Source: Synechococcus elongatus PCC 6301 (GTDB taxonomy: Bacteria; Cyanobacteriota; Cyanobacteriia; Synechococcales; Synechococcaceae). From it: a DNA stretch of 32,000 nucleotides. The stretch covers positions 780,001-812,000 of the forward strand of contig NC_006576.1 in assembly GCF_000010065.1 (NCBI RefSeq), in the 5' to 3' direction. Made by a program: the position numbers and the translations under genes. This document shows, piece after piece, positions 1-8,688 of the stretch. Within the stretch, counting starts at the first letter, position 1. Each line of letters opens with the position of its first letter. The notes under the pieces are model-generated. The model was given only the letters and a program-made list of their open reading frames with translations. It had not been told where the DNA came from and made no database searches.

Positions 1-1
1 G

Positions 2-604
2 CATGGTTTTGCCCGCGATCGCGCTTGGGCTTTGCTGCAGTGGGATGAGGACAGCGGCCAAGCCGAGTTAGAGCTCCGAGAGTCACTAGAAACCTTACAG
101 ATTTGGCCGTTTGCTTTTCGGTTGGTGCTCAAGCTGCAACTCCGACCCCAGCAACTGCAGCTGCAACTCACTGTTGAGAACTGCGATCGCCAACCTTGGT
201 CGTTTACAGCAGCACTGCACAGCTATCTAGCGGTGCCGGATCTGGCCACTGTGCATCTACAAGGACTGCAAGGGCGTTGGGGCACGGAACAAACCACGGG
301 CGATCGCTGGCAGGAGATGGAGTGCGATCGCCACTTCCCTCAAGCGATCGATGCGCTCTACGAGGCTCCGGCGCAGCCCTTGACCTTGCTGGCTCCTCCT
401 TGGTCAGCCCTTCAGATCTGTCAGACAGGGTTTACCGAAACAGTGATCTGGAACCCGGGGTCAGCAGGGGTCAGTCAGATTGGCGATCTGGCCTCCGGCT
501 CAGAACAGCAGTTTCTCTGTGTGGAAGCAGCTGTCGTGCAGTCTCCTCCCCGCCTTGAACCTGGGGAAATTTGGCAGGGGCAACAAGTCTTTCAGGTCGG
601 TTGA
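2..604 (+). CDS. Aldose 1-epimerase-family protein (D-hexose-6-phosphate mutarotase, YeaD-like); 5' end cut by the window edge
   Basis: The frame is open from nt 2 (HGFARDRAWAL...) into the 32..604 track ORF. The HGFAR motif and overall pattern resemble glucose-6-P 1-epimerase family members (recalled from memory). Confidence 0.65.
   Translation, partial: HGFARDRAWALLQWDEDSGQAELELRESLETLQIWPFAFRLVLKLQLRPQQLQLQLTVENCDRQPWSFTAALHSYLAVPDLATVHLQGLQGRWGTEQTTGDRWQEMECDRHFPQAIDALYEAPAQPLTLLAPPWSALQICQTGFTETVIWNPGSAGVSQIGDLASGSEQQFLCVEAAVVQSPPRLEPGEIWQGQQVFQVG
15..22. repeat. HIP1 octamer GCGATCGC (one example of dozens across the window)
   Basis: Exact GCGATCGC also occurs near 183, 301, 325 and 671 and then throughout the window, often extended as CCTAGGCGATCGCC-type palindromes (for example 14800-14807 and near 11287). 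Confidence 0.95.
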
Positions 605-1057
605 ATGCCCCTGCGATGGTAGTGCTCACTGTTAACCCTGCGAAGTATTCCTGCAATTGCTTGGCAGTGCCGCGATCGCAATCCTAGGGTGAGGATAGTT
701 CGGATGACGACCTCCAGGACAGCGTAAAGCTTGAGGACTGGACGGGTGAACATAGTCGGCGGTGGTTTCCTCTGGAGCCATCGCCTTTTATTGTTGTGTT
801 TCCCAAGCTGGCCCTGCCAACGACGCTCGCTCAACGTCTTGCCAGTGACTCATGACAAGACCAAAGTTGCCCAGAACAGTTTGGTGTACCAACGCAGTGA
901 TAAAGGGCTGAATGACCAGACCGCTCCTGAGGGAAATGCTATGCCTGGGGGCGGCTAACGCCAATGCATCCCACCGCAAATTGATAGTGCTCAAACCCTT
1001 CCATTCGTTAAAGTAGGATAAAGGCCAACTACTGAACCGATTCCCCTTGCTGCGTCC

Positions 1058-1768
1058 ATGGGTCGAGCCCTGACTGATAGAACGGCTGACCGCATCGATC
1101 TGACGGCGGCCGCCGCTCAGGTTCAGACTGTCCTGCAAGGAATTGAAGCCGATAGTTGCCCGCGCCTTTACAACTTCCATCTCCATACCACCTGTTCTGA
1201 CGGCAAGCTTCAGCCCCGAGAGGTGATGGAACAGGCGATCGCGATTGGGCTACGAGGGCTAGCAATCACAGATCATCACGGCGTGCGAGGCTACGAAGCT
1301 GCCTGTGCTTGGCTGGAGGATTATCAGTGGCGCAGTGGCGGTCGGTCGCCCTTGCCCAAGCTCTGGGTGGGAACCGAGATCAACGCCGATCTACAAGGCA
1401 CCGAAGTGCACATTCTCGCCTATGGTTTTCAGACCAGCCATGTGGCGATGCGGCCCTACCTAGTGGGTCGTCCGCCGCAGGGAGATGCGCACCTGGCACC
1501 CAATGTGATTGCCGCCATTCAGCAAGCAGGAGGGCTAGCCATTTTGGCGCACCCCGCTCGCTATCGGCGATCGCCCCAAGAATTGATTTTGGCGGCCTAT
1601 CGCTACGGCATCGACGGCGTTGAGACCTACTACGCTTACGGCAATCCCAATCCTAGGCAAGCCACCCCAGAACCAACTCAAGCGATCGCCAGCCTAGCCG
1701 CTGAGTTGAACTTGCTGAGTAGCTGTGGCACCGACACCCATGGTCGCAGTTTGCTCAGTCGCCTTTAG
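1058..1768 (+). CDS. PHP-domain metal-dependent phosphoesterase
   Basis: PHP signatures are present: YNFHLHTTCSDG, LAITDHH, ILAHP, GTDTHG. An in-frame TAA at 1019 makes ATG 1058 the first possible start. Confidence 0.8.
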   Translation: MGRALTDRTADRIDLTAAAAQVQTVLQGIEADSCPRLYNFHLHTTCSDGKLQPREVMEQAIAIGLRGLAITDHHGVRGYEAACAWLEDYQWRSGGRSPLPKLWVGTEINADLQGTEVHILAYGFQTSHVAMRPYLVGRPPQGDAHLAPNVIAAIQQAGGLAILAHPARYRRSPQELILAAYRYGIDGVETYYAYGNPNPRQATPEPTQAIASLAAELNLLSSCGTDTHGRSLLSRL

Positions 1769-1931
1769 CTCGGTTCTCATCTCAACGACACTGCTGCTTA
1801 GCCAAGGGCGATCGCAGCTGTGGGCAATCGTTCCAGAACTGATTGTGAGTGCGGGTCTAACGCTCTAGCAGCTTCCCCGTAGAATTAGGAAACCGTGCCT
1901 TCATATTTAGTAATCGTTGGGGTGTCAATTC

Positions 1932-2363
1932 ATGACCGGTTTTATTCGGGGTCTGTTTCAGAGCAAGCCCAAAGCAGAACAAGCCCCGCAACCCAAGCAG
2001 AAAGGGGAGAGCTTCTACCTCGATGCAGACGAAGCGAAGAGCTTGGGCAATTTGGATTACATCCGTTCTGCTTCAACGATTGAACACACCTTTCCTAAAA
2101 CGGCGAGCAATCCTGAAGAGCGAGTTCTCATTCAAAAAGTTTCATCCCTGTCGCTGGAAGTCGTTGAAGCCTCTGAGGGCTTGCCCCAAGCAGACCAGCG
2201 GAAGCAAGCGGCTTTGAACAAGGTAGCCGCGGAGGCCGAGGCCAACAAAGCGCCAACAAAAACCTTTGCCGGTCAAGCCGAGACCAGCGAAACGAGCAGT
2301 CGTCGTCGTTCGACCGGTGATTTAGATATGTTCCGTCAAATGGCGCGGGACTTGAAGAAGTAA
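1932..2363 (+). CDS. Hypothetical protein, low complexity, Lys/Glu/Ala-rich
   Basis: The track ORF 1917..2363 begins at TTG. The first ATG is at 1932 (MTGFIRGLF...). No recognisable domain. It sits in the plus-strand run between the PHP gene and gor. Confidence 0.5.
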   Translation: MTGFIRGLFQSKPKAEQAPQPKQKGESFYLDADEAKSLGNLDYIRSASTIEHTFPKTASNPEERVLIQKVSSLSLEVVEASEGLPQADQRKQAALNKVAAEAEANKAPTKTFAGQAETSETSSRRRSTGDLDMFRQMARDLKK

Positions 2364-2461
2364 ACCGCGAATCGCGTCGCAGACCAGCAAAGGGTGGCTG
2401 CTCTTGAACTTCCAGCGCGGCTGCCCTCATTTTTTGTTCGGGCCAAACAGGGCTTTGCAGC

Positions 2462-3802
2462 ATGAGTTTTGACTACGACCTCTTGGTGATTGGTGCCGGT
2501 TCTGGTGGGTTGGCAGCCTCAAAACGAGCTGCTAGCTATGGTGCCAAAGTTGCGATCGCAGAAACCGATTTGGTCGGGGGCACCTGCGTGATTCGTGGCT
2601 GTGTGCCGAAGAAGCTGATGGTCTATGCCTCCAGTTTTGCCAGTCAGTATCATTACGCCGAAGCCTATGGCTGGTCTGCTATACAGCCTCAATTCTCTTG
2701 GCCCAAATTGATTGCGGCCATCGATGCGGAAGTCAACCGCCTCAGTCGTCTACATATCAGCTTGCTCGAAAAAGCCGGTGTCGATCTCATTTTGGGCCAT
2801 GCCCAGTTTGTGGATGAGCATCGCTTGCAAGTGGGCGATCGCCAAGTGACGGCGGCAAAAATTTTGATTGCAGCGGGGGGCCGCCCCATCAAGCTGCCGA
2901 TTCCGGGCGGTGAGCTAGCGATTACCTCGCGGGAGATGTTTCATCTCCCCGAACAACCCCAGCGCTTTGCAGTCATTGGTGGTGGCTACATTGGTTGTGA
3001 GTTTGCGGGCATTCTGCGCAGCCTGGGCTCAGAAGTCACGCAAATTATTCGCCGCGATCGCATTTTGCAGGGCTTTGACCAAGAACTGCGGGAAGCGGTG
3101 CAAACCGGCATGAGCCAGCTCGGTGTTCAGTTCCGCACGGGCGTCACGGTCGAGCGGATCGATCAGACTGAAACGGGCTTACAACTGAGCTATAGCGACG
3201 GCAGCCAGCAAATCGTGGATCAAGTGCTGATGGCCACGGGGCGGGAACCTTGGCTGGAAGGCTTGGACCTAGACGCTGCCGGGGTTGCGATCGAGGGTCG
3301 TCGCATTGCGGTTGATGCTTGGAGTCGCACCAATCAGCCCCATATTTTTGCGGTGGGTGACTGCACCGATCGCGTTAACCTTACGCCGGTGGCGATCGCA
3401 GAAGGTCGGGCGTTTGCCGATACCGAATTTGGGCAAAAGCCGCGCCAAATCTCCTACGAGAATATTGCTTCAGCTGTTTTTAGCCAGCCAGAAGCCTGTA
3501 GTGTTGGCCTGAGCGAAGAAGCAGCCAAAGCGGAATACGGTGAGGAGCGCATTCGGGTTTATCGTAGTCGCTTCCGACCGATGTTTTACACCCTGCCTCA
3601 AGCGGAAGAACGGGTGTTGATGAAGCTAGTGGTTGAGACTGAGAGCGATCGCGTTCTGGGAGCGCACATGGTCGGCAAAGATGCGGCTGAAATCATTCAA
3701 AGTGTGGCGATCGCAGTGACGATGGGTGCGACGAAAGCTGATTTTGACGCCACGATGGCTTTGCATCCCACTTCAGCAGAGGAGTTCGTAACCATGCCCT
3801 AG
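2462..3802 (+). CDS. gor: Glutathione-disulfide reductase
   Basis: N-terminal FAD fold VIGAGSGG, redox-active GGTCVIRGCVPKK, second Rossmann GGGYIGCEFA, C-terminal HPTSAEEFVTM typical of GR rather than lipoamide dehydrogenase. Confidence 0.88.
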   Translation: MSFDYDLLVIGAGSGGLAASKRAASYGAKVAIAETDLVGGTCVIRGCVPKKLMVYASSFASQYHYAEAYGWSAIQPQFSWPKLIAAIDAEVNRLSRLHISLLEKAGVDLILGHAQFVDEHRLQVGDRQVTAAKILIAAGGRPIKLPIPGGELAITSREMFHLPEQPQRFAVIGGGYIGCEFAGILRSLGSEVTQIIRRDRILQGFDQELREAVQTGMSQLGVQFRTGVTVERIDQTETGLQLSYSDGSQQIVDQVLMATGREPWLEGLDLDAAGVAIEGRRIAVDAWSRTNQPHIFAVGDCTDRVNLTPVAIAEGRAFADTEFGQKPRQISYENIASAVFSQPEACSVGLSEEAAKAEYGEERIRVYRSRFRPMFYTLPQAEERVLMKLVVETESDRVLGAHMVGKDAAEIIQSVAIAVTMGATKADFDATMALHPTSAEEFVTMP

Positions 3803-3855
3803 AGTCGACTGGTAGCACTCTTCATCGGCTTGCGATCGCAGGGTTCAAGCAACCG

Positions 3856-5196
3856 CTAGGACCCGAGGAGTGCGGTACATTCCAGACGTTCTTGACTAGC
3901 ATCGCGGCGATCGCGGCGCCATTGAATTTGATCGGCAAGGTATTCAGCGTCTTGGCCGACCCCACAGAAACGGCCCGATCCCCAGGTGTGTAACCAAGGC
4001 AGGCCAATGAAGTACAGACCAGGTACTGGGGTGACACCGCGCTGATGAACCGGCAGCCCCGAACCATCAAACACCGGTACTTCGACCCAAGAAAAATCAC
4101 TGCGATAGCCCGTGCACCAAATCACGGCCGCAATCTCAGCGACTAGAAGTTGGGTTGAGGTTTGACTTTCGGTCGGCTGCCAGCAGGGTTGATAGGGCGG
4201 TTCTTCTGGCGCTTCTAGCTGATGCTGAGCAATGAAGTCATCGATGCTGCGGCGAATCCGACAGTAAACCGCATCTGCCGCATCCAAATGAGTAGCGAGG
4301 TTGTCCTCAAACTGAATGGCTTGGGAGGTCAGCGTAAACAAACGACCATGCAAGAGCAGACCCTCTTTGGCCCGTTGACGCAGGTCGATTTCCCGCCCCC
4401 CATCGCGCCCTGTCAGATAGTGATTGGTTTTGCGGCGAACACTGCGCGGATCTGCATGGGCATCGATCGGGGTGTCGTAGTAGCCCATTTGGTCGAGCCA
4501 GTCGACGACATCCCTGCCCCGATAGCGTCGTGGCGATCGCGGGGCAGAGCCCACACTCAGATGAACGGTTCGGCCGGCCAGGAACAAATCCTCAGCAATC
4601 TGACAGCCCGACTGACCACTGCCAACAACCAGTACCGCGCCTGGTGGGAGCTGTTCAGGATTGCGGTAGTCTCTTGCATCGATTTGGACAATTGACTCCG
4701 GCAAGCGAGCAGCTAACGGATGCCGTTTGGGTTCGTGATAAGCCCCTGTGGCAATAACCACCTGTTGCGCCCAGTACTCCCCTTCGTTGGTCAGCAGCTG
4801 AAAACCGCGATCGCACTGCTGCAGTCGTTGTACGGTGACCCCTTCCCGGATGGGCGCCCGACAGGTTTTCGCGAAGCGATGGAGGTAATCGACGATCGCC
4901 TGCCGGCCCATGAATCCTTCCGGTTCAGCACCGTCGTAGGGGAAGTCGGGCAGCCGACATTGCCAGTTAGGCGTGACCAAACAAAACGAGTCCCAACGCT
5001 GCTGATCCCAGGCAAAACCAATGCGATGCTTCTCCAACACTAAGGGCTGCAGACCCCGTTTCTGGAGGCAGTAGGCCATCGACAGACCGGCTTGCCCCGC
5101 CCCAATGACAATTGTGGAATGGCGATCGCGAACACTATCTCGAAGTCGGGCGGGTTCAGAGTTCTGCATGCGATCGCGGTCAACTAGGTAAAACAT
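3856..5196 (-). CDS. Flavin-dependent (FMO/CzcO-like) monooxygenase, Nit1C-associated (MSMEG_0569-type)
   Basis: Two dinucleotide folds are visible (VIGAGQAGLS and VVGSGQSGCQ). It is divergent from the nitrilase operon across a 197-bp AT-rich spacer. The start may be the internal MQNSEP at 5169. Confidence 0.85.
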   Translation of the reverse strand: MFYLVDRDRMQNSEPARLRDSVRDRHSTIVIGAGQAGLSMAYCLQKRGLQPLVLEKHRIGFAWDQQRWDSFCLVTPNWQCRLPDFPYDGAEPEGFMGRQAIVDYLHRFAKTCRAPIREGVTVQRLQQCDRGFQLLTNEGEYWAQQVVIATGAYHEPKRHPLAARLPESIVQIDARDYRNPEQLPPGAVLVVGSGQSGCQIAEDLFLAGRTVHLSVGSAPRSPRRYRGRDVVDWLDQMGYYDTPIDAHADPRSVRRKTNHYLTGRDGGREIDLRQRAKEGLLLHGRLFTLTSQAIQFEDNLATHLDAADAVYCRIRRSIDDFIAQHQLEAPEEPPYQPCWQPTESQTSTQLLVAEIAAVIWCTGYRSDFSWVEVPVFDGSGLPVHQRGVTPVPGLYFIGLPWLHTWGSGRFCGVGQDAEYLADQIQWRRDRRDASQERLECTALLGS

Positions 5197-5301
5197 CCCA
5201 ATTTAAATGTAATTATTCAGAACATATAAAACCGTATCAATCGCGACCGAAAGAAGATTATTCAATCCAGAATTAAGTCAGGTTAAACAGGCAATCATTT
5301 A

Positions 5302-5315
5302 GTAGTCACCGTTAC
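5302..5315. promoter_or_regulatory. Candidate NtcA binding site GTAGTCACCGTTAC (GTA-N8-TAC)
   Basis: This is a perfect match to the NtcA core palindrome, 79 nt upstream of ATG 5394, in the AT-rich divergent promoter. The hexamer 22 nt downstream is TAGTTA, which matches TAN3T only imperfectly. Confidence 0.35.
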
Positions 5316-5393
5316 AGTCATTCCTTAGAACTTGTTTTAGTTAATTGGTAGCTGTTTACACCAGCAGCCACCGTTCTAATTGCAGATTTTCCC

Positions 5394-5876
5394 ATGCCTG
5401 AAGTGACGAAGCCGGCCAATCAACCGGGTGATTTTCTGGTTGATTATGAAGAGAAAGTCTTTCCGGATGTCAAAGCAGAACCCGGTGAAAAAGCACTGAT
5501 CACATTTCACACAGTCGCCTTTGAAGGGTCGATCGGTCTCGTCAACCTTCTCCAAGCTAGCCGCCTAATTAACAAAGGCTTTGAAACATCCATCTTGCTC
5601 TATGGGCCTGGGGTCACTCTCGGGGTTCAGCGTGGCTTTCCCAAGTTGGGTGATGCAGCCTTTGATGGTCACTTGAACTTCAACGCTCGGATTCAAAAGT
5701 TCTTGGACCAAGGTGGCAAAGTCTACGCTTGCCGATTTGCCCTACAGGCGCTTTACGGTCATGGCGAAGGAGCTTTAATCCCGGGAATCCGTCCGATTAA
5801 TCCCCTGGATGCGATGGATCTGATCCTGATGCACCGCAAGGAAGGGGCTTTTATCCTCGACACTTGGACGCTCTAG
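5394..5876 (+). CDS. Sll0783/MSMEG_0572-family nitrogen-starvation response protein (DsrE-like fold suspected)
   Basis: 160 aa and first gene of the nitrilase operon. The [11 protein letters not shown] segment resembles the DsrE/DsrF-type conserved Cys loop. Position and size match the first gene of Nit1C cassettes. Confidence 0.75.
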   Translation: MPEVTKPANQPGDFLVDYEEKVFPDVKAEPGEKALITFHTVAFEGSIGLVNLLQASRLINKGFETSILLYGPGVTLGVQRGFPKLGDAAFDGHLNFNARIQKFLDQGGKVYACRFALQALYGHGEGALIPGIRPINPLDAMDLILMHRKEGAFILDTWTL

Positions 5877-5912
5877 TTCAAGTTGGTTTTTTAGGATTCT
5901 TAGGCAGAAGCG

Positions 5913-6917
5913 ATGGCCGATAAAATCATTGTGGCAGCTGCACAAATCCGACCTGTTCTATTCAGTTTGGAAGGATCTGTTGCTCGGGTTCTAGCGGCCA
6001 TGGCAGAAGCCGCAGCAGCGGGCGTTCAGCTGATTGTTTTCCCTGAAACCTTTCTGCCCTACTATCCTTATTTCTCCTTCGTCGAACCGCCGGTTCTGAT
6101 GGGGCGATCGCACCTCAAGCTCTACGAACAAGCCTTCACAATGACGGGGCCGGAACTCCAGCAAATTGCCAGGGCTGCTCGACAGCATCGTCTCTTTGTT
6201 TTGCTCGGCGTCAATGAGCGAGATGGCGGTAGTCTTTACAACACTCAGCTATTGATTAGCGATCAGGGTGACTTACTTCTGAAGCGCCGCAAAATCACCC
6301 CGACCTATCACGAACGGATGGTCTGGGGACAAGGCGGTGGCGCGGGCCTAACCGTTGTCGAAACGGTGCTGGGTAAGGTTGGGGCCTTGGCTTGCTGGGA
6401 GCACTACAACCCCTTAGCCCGCTTCAGTCTGATGACTCAGGGGGAGGAAATTCACTGCGCCCAATTCCCAGGATCGCTGGTGGGGCCAATTTTTAGCGAG
6501 CAAACCGCGGTCACACTGCGTCACCATGCCCTCGAAGCCGGTTGCTTTGTGCTCAGCTCGACGGCTTGGTTGGATCCGGCCGACTACGACACAATCACTC
6601 CCGATCGTAGTTTGCACAAAGCCTTTCAAGGGGGCTGTCACACCGCGATCATCAGTCCCGAAGGGCGCTATCTCGCAGGGCCACTGCCCGAGGGCGAAGG
6701 ACTCGCGATCGCTGAACTCGACAAAAGTTTGATCACCAAACGTAAGCGAATGATGGACAGCGTCGGTCACTATTCGCGCCCCGATTTACTCAGCCTTCGG
6801 ATCAATCGCAGCCCTGCCACACAAGTGCAAGCGATCGGTTCAGCTGCTGCCTTGCCAGAACTACCGAACCTAGAAGCCGCACCGGCTGAGACTGCGGAGG
6901 ACTATCTCCATGCCTAA
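5913..6917 (+). CDS. Nitrilase (Nit1C / Nit6803-type, carbon-nitrogen hydrolase superfamily)
   Basis: The Glu-Lys-Cys triad contexts are visible: [35 protein letters not shown]. Confidence 0.92.
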   Translation: MADKIIVAAAQIRPVLFSLEGSVARVLAAMAEAAAAGVQLIVFPETFLPYYPYFSFVEPPVLMGRSHLKLYEQAFTMTGPELQQIARAARQHRLFVLLGVNERDGGSLYNTQLLISDQGDLLLKRRKITPTYHERMVWGQGGGAGLTVVETVLGKVGALACWEHYNPLARFSLMTQGEEIHCAQFPGSLVGPIFSEQTAVTLRHHALEAGCFVLSSTAWLDPADYDTITPDRSLHKAFQGGCHTAIISPEGRYLAGPLPEGEGLAIAELDKSLITKRKRMMDSVGHYSRPDLLSLRINRSPATQVQAIGSAAALPELPNLEAAPAETAEDYLHA

Positions 6918-8007
6918 GTCAACGTCTCAGTCCTTAGGGGAGTTGGTGACGGAACTCCAAGTACAAGGGGTGATGGCTCCGGCGGTTAGAGGAAATCCTG
7001 GTCGCCAAGGCGGTGCAGGGCCTTCGGACCATCGGGCGATTACCCTCGAGGGCACAACAGTGATGGTGCCGGTTTACAACTCGACGGCGCAACAGTCGCC
7101 CTACCAGCTGACGACAACGGCGGATGGGGGTGTGGCTCTCCATCATCAAGGCGAGCTGACGACCACGCTGGAAACGCCGCCGGAACCCCATTTCTACAAC
7201 TTGCAGACTGCGGAAAGCATTCCCTACAAGGCGATCGCCCTCCTGCACGGCAAGGATGTGCTGGCCACGACGCTGCAACAGACCTGCATTCGCTTTCGCG
7301 ATCGCAGCGAGTCTTGCCAGTTCTGTGCGATCGAGCAGTCGCTGACCTCAGGCCAAACGATTGTTCGAAAGACGCCAGAGCAGGTCGCAGAAGTTGTGGC
7401 CGCAGCCGTTCGGCTGGATGGCGTTCGGCAACTGGTAATGACCACGGGCACGCCCAACAGTCGCGATCGCGGGGCTCGTCTGATGGCAGAAACAGCCGCA
7501 GCAGTGAAGGCAGTGGTGGACATACCGATTCAAGCCCAGTGTGAGCCACCGGATGATCCGGTCTGGTTCAGCCGAATGAAAGCTGCGGGTGTCAACAGTC
7601 TGGGCATGCATTTAGAAGTGGTGGAACCGGAGGTGCGTCGTCGCATCTTGCCGGGGAAATCGGAGCTGACCCTCGAGCATTACTACCGCGCCTTTGAGCA
7701 GGCCGTGGCCGTCTTCGGTCGCGGTGAAGTCTCGACTTACCTGCTAGCCGGACTCGGGGATAGCGCTGACAGCTTGATCGACTGCAGTCGGCGGCTGATT
7801 GCGATCGGCGTTTATCCATTCATCGTGCCGTTTGTGCCGATCGCGGGGACACCACTGGAACGTCATCCGGCTCCAACGACCGCTTTCATGCTGCAGATTT
7901 ACGAAGCCGTGGGAGCACTGCTCCATGATTCCGATCTGCGATCGGCGGCCATGTCTGCGGGCTGCGCCAAATGTGGCGCTTGTTCTGCCCTCTCGCTGTT
8001 CGAGTAG
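6910..8007 (+). CDS. Radical SAM-family protein (MSMEG_0568-type) with atypical Cys spacing
   Basis: ATG 6910 overlaps the nitrilase stop (6915-6917). Cys cluster C126-x9-C136-x2-C139 ([18 protein letters not shown]) plus C-terminal CAKCGAC. Its position matches the radical SAM member of Nit1C. Confidence 0.75.
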   Translation: MPKSTSQSLGELVTELQVQGVMAPAVRGNPGRQGGAGPSDHRAITLEGTTVMVPVYNSTAQQSPYQLTTTADGGVALHHQGELTTTLETPPEPHFYNLQTAESIPYKAIALLHGKDVLATTLQQTCIRFRDRSESCQFCAIEQSLTSGQTIVRKTPEQVAEVVAAAVRLDGVRQLVMTTGTPNSRDRGARLMAETAAAVKAVVDIPIQAQCEPPDDPVWFSRMKAAGVNSLGMHLEVVEPEVRRRILPGKSELTLEHYYRAFEQAVAVFGRGEVSTYLLAGLGDSADSLIDCSRRLIAIGVYPFIVPFVPIAGTPLERHPAPTTAFMLQIYEAVGALLHDSDLRSAAMSAGCAKCGACSALSLFE

Positions 8008-8055
8008 TCCCTGTCTCTTCTTATTTGTCTCATCGTCGTGATTTCGGGTATTGCG

Positions 8056-8688
8056 ATGTACTTCCTTGATCCCACTAGTCCCGAGCTGGGCCAGAGCCGC
8101 ACCTCCTTGCCAAACAGTTTTGTGCCCTCGGTGCGCTGGGGCATTGGCATTGATGCTGAAGACTTTCGACTGTCGCCAACGGCGAGTTCCGATCGCTTTT
8201 CTTTTCATCTGGCGCAGCCGCCTTCGCCGCTGCTGGCGGGCTACTGGGACCTGCGGCGACGCATTTTCTGCGAAGAGCAAGGGTTATTTAAAGACTCCGA
8301 TCGCGATGATCAAGACGCGATCGCCTATCCGATTGCAGCAGTTGCTCACACCGGTGATGCGGCCGGGCAGGTTGTCGGTGTGGTCCGCATTCTCGAATCC
8401 TCACCTCGGGTCTGGTACGGCGGTCGCTTGGGCGTGGATGCCGCTTTTCGTCGCCAAAACCAGATTGGCAAAGGTCTGATCTGGAAAGCTGTGACCACGG
8501 CAAATGCTTGGGGCTGCGATCGCTTTTTGGCAACGGTGCAAATTCAAAATGTTCGCTTCTTACAACGCTTGCACTGGCAGTCGCTGGATGAGTTGGAAAT
8601 TCGGGGCTTGGCCCATTATCTGATGGAAGCAGACCTCAACTACTACCAACCGGCCCGGATGCTCCGCCCCCGTCGTCAAGCCGCATGA
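8056..8688 (+). CDS. GNAT N-acetyltransferase (MSMEG_0567/Sll0786-type)
   Basis: Acetyl-CoA binding-type segment RLGVDAAFRRQNQIGKGLIWKAV, and WDLRRRIFCEEQGLF typical of this GNAT subfamily. The first ATG in the 8038 ORF is at 8056, so the start is uncertain. Confidence 0.72.
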   Translation: MYFLDPTSPELGQSRTSLPNSFVPSVRWGIGIDAEDFRLSPTASSDRFSFHLAQPPSPLLAGYWDLRRRIFCEEQGLFKDSDRDDQDAIAYPIAAVAHTGDAAGQVVGVVRILESSPRVWYGGRLGVDAAFRRQNQIGKGLIWKAVTTANAWGCDRFLATVQIQNVRFLQRLHWQSLDELEIRGLAHYLMEADLNYYQPARMLRPRRQAA

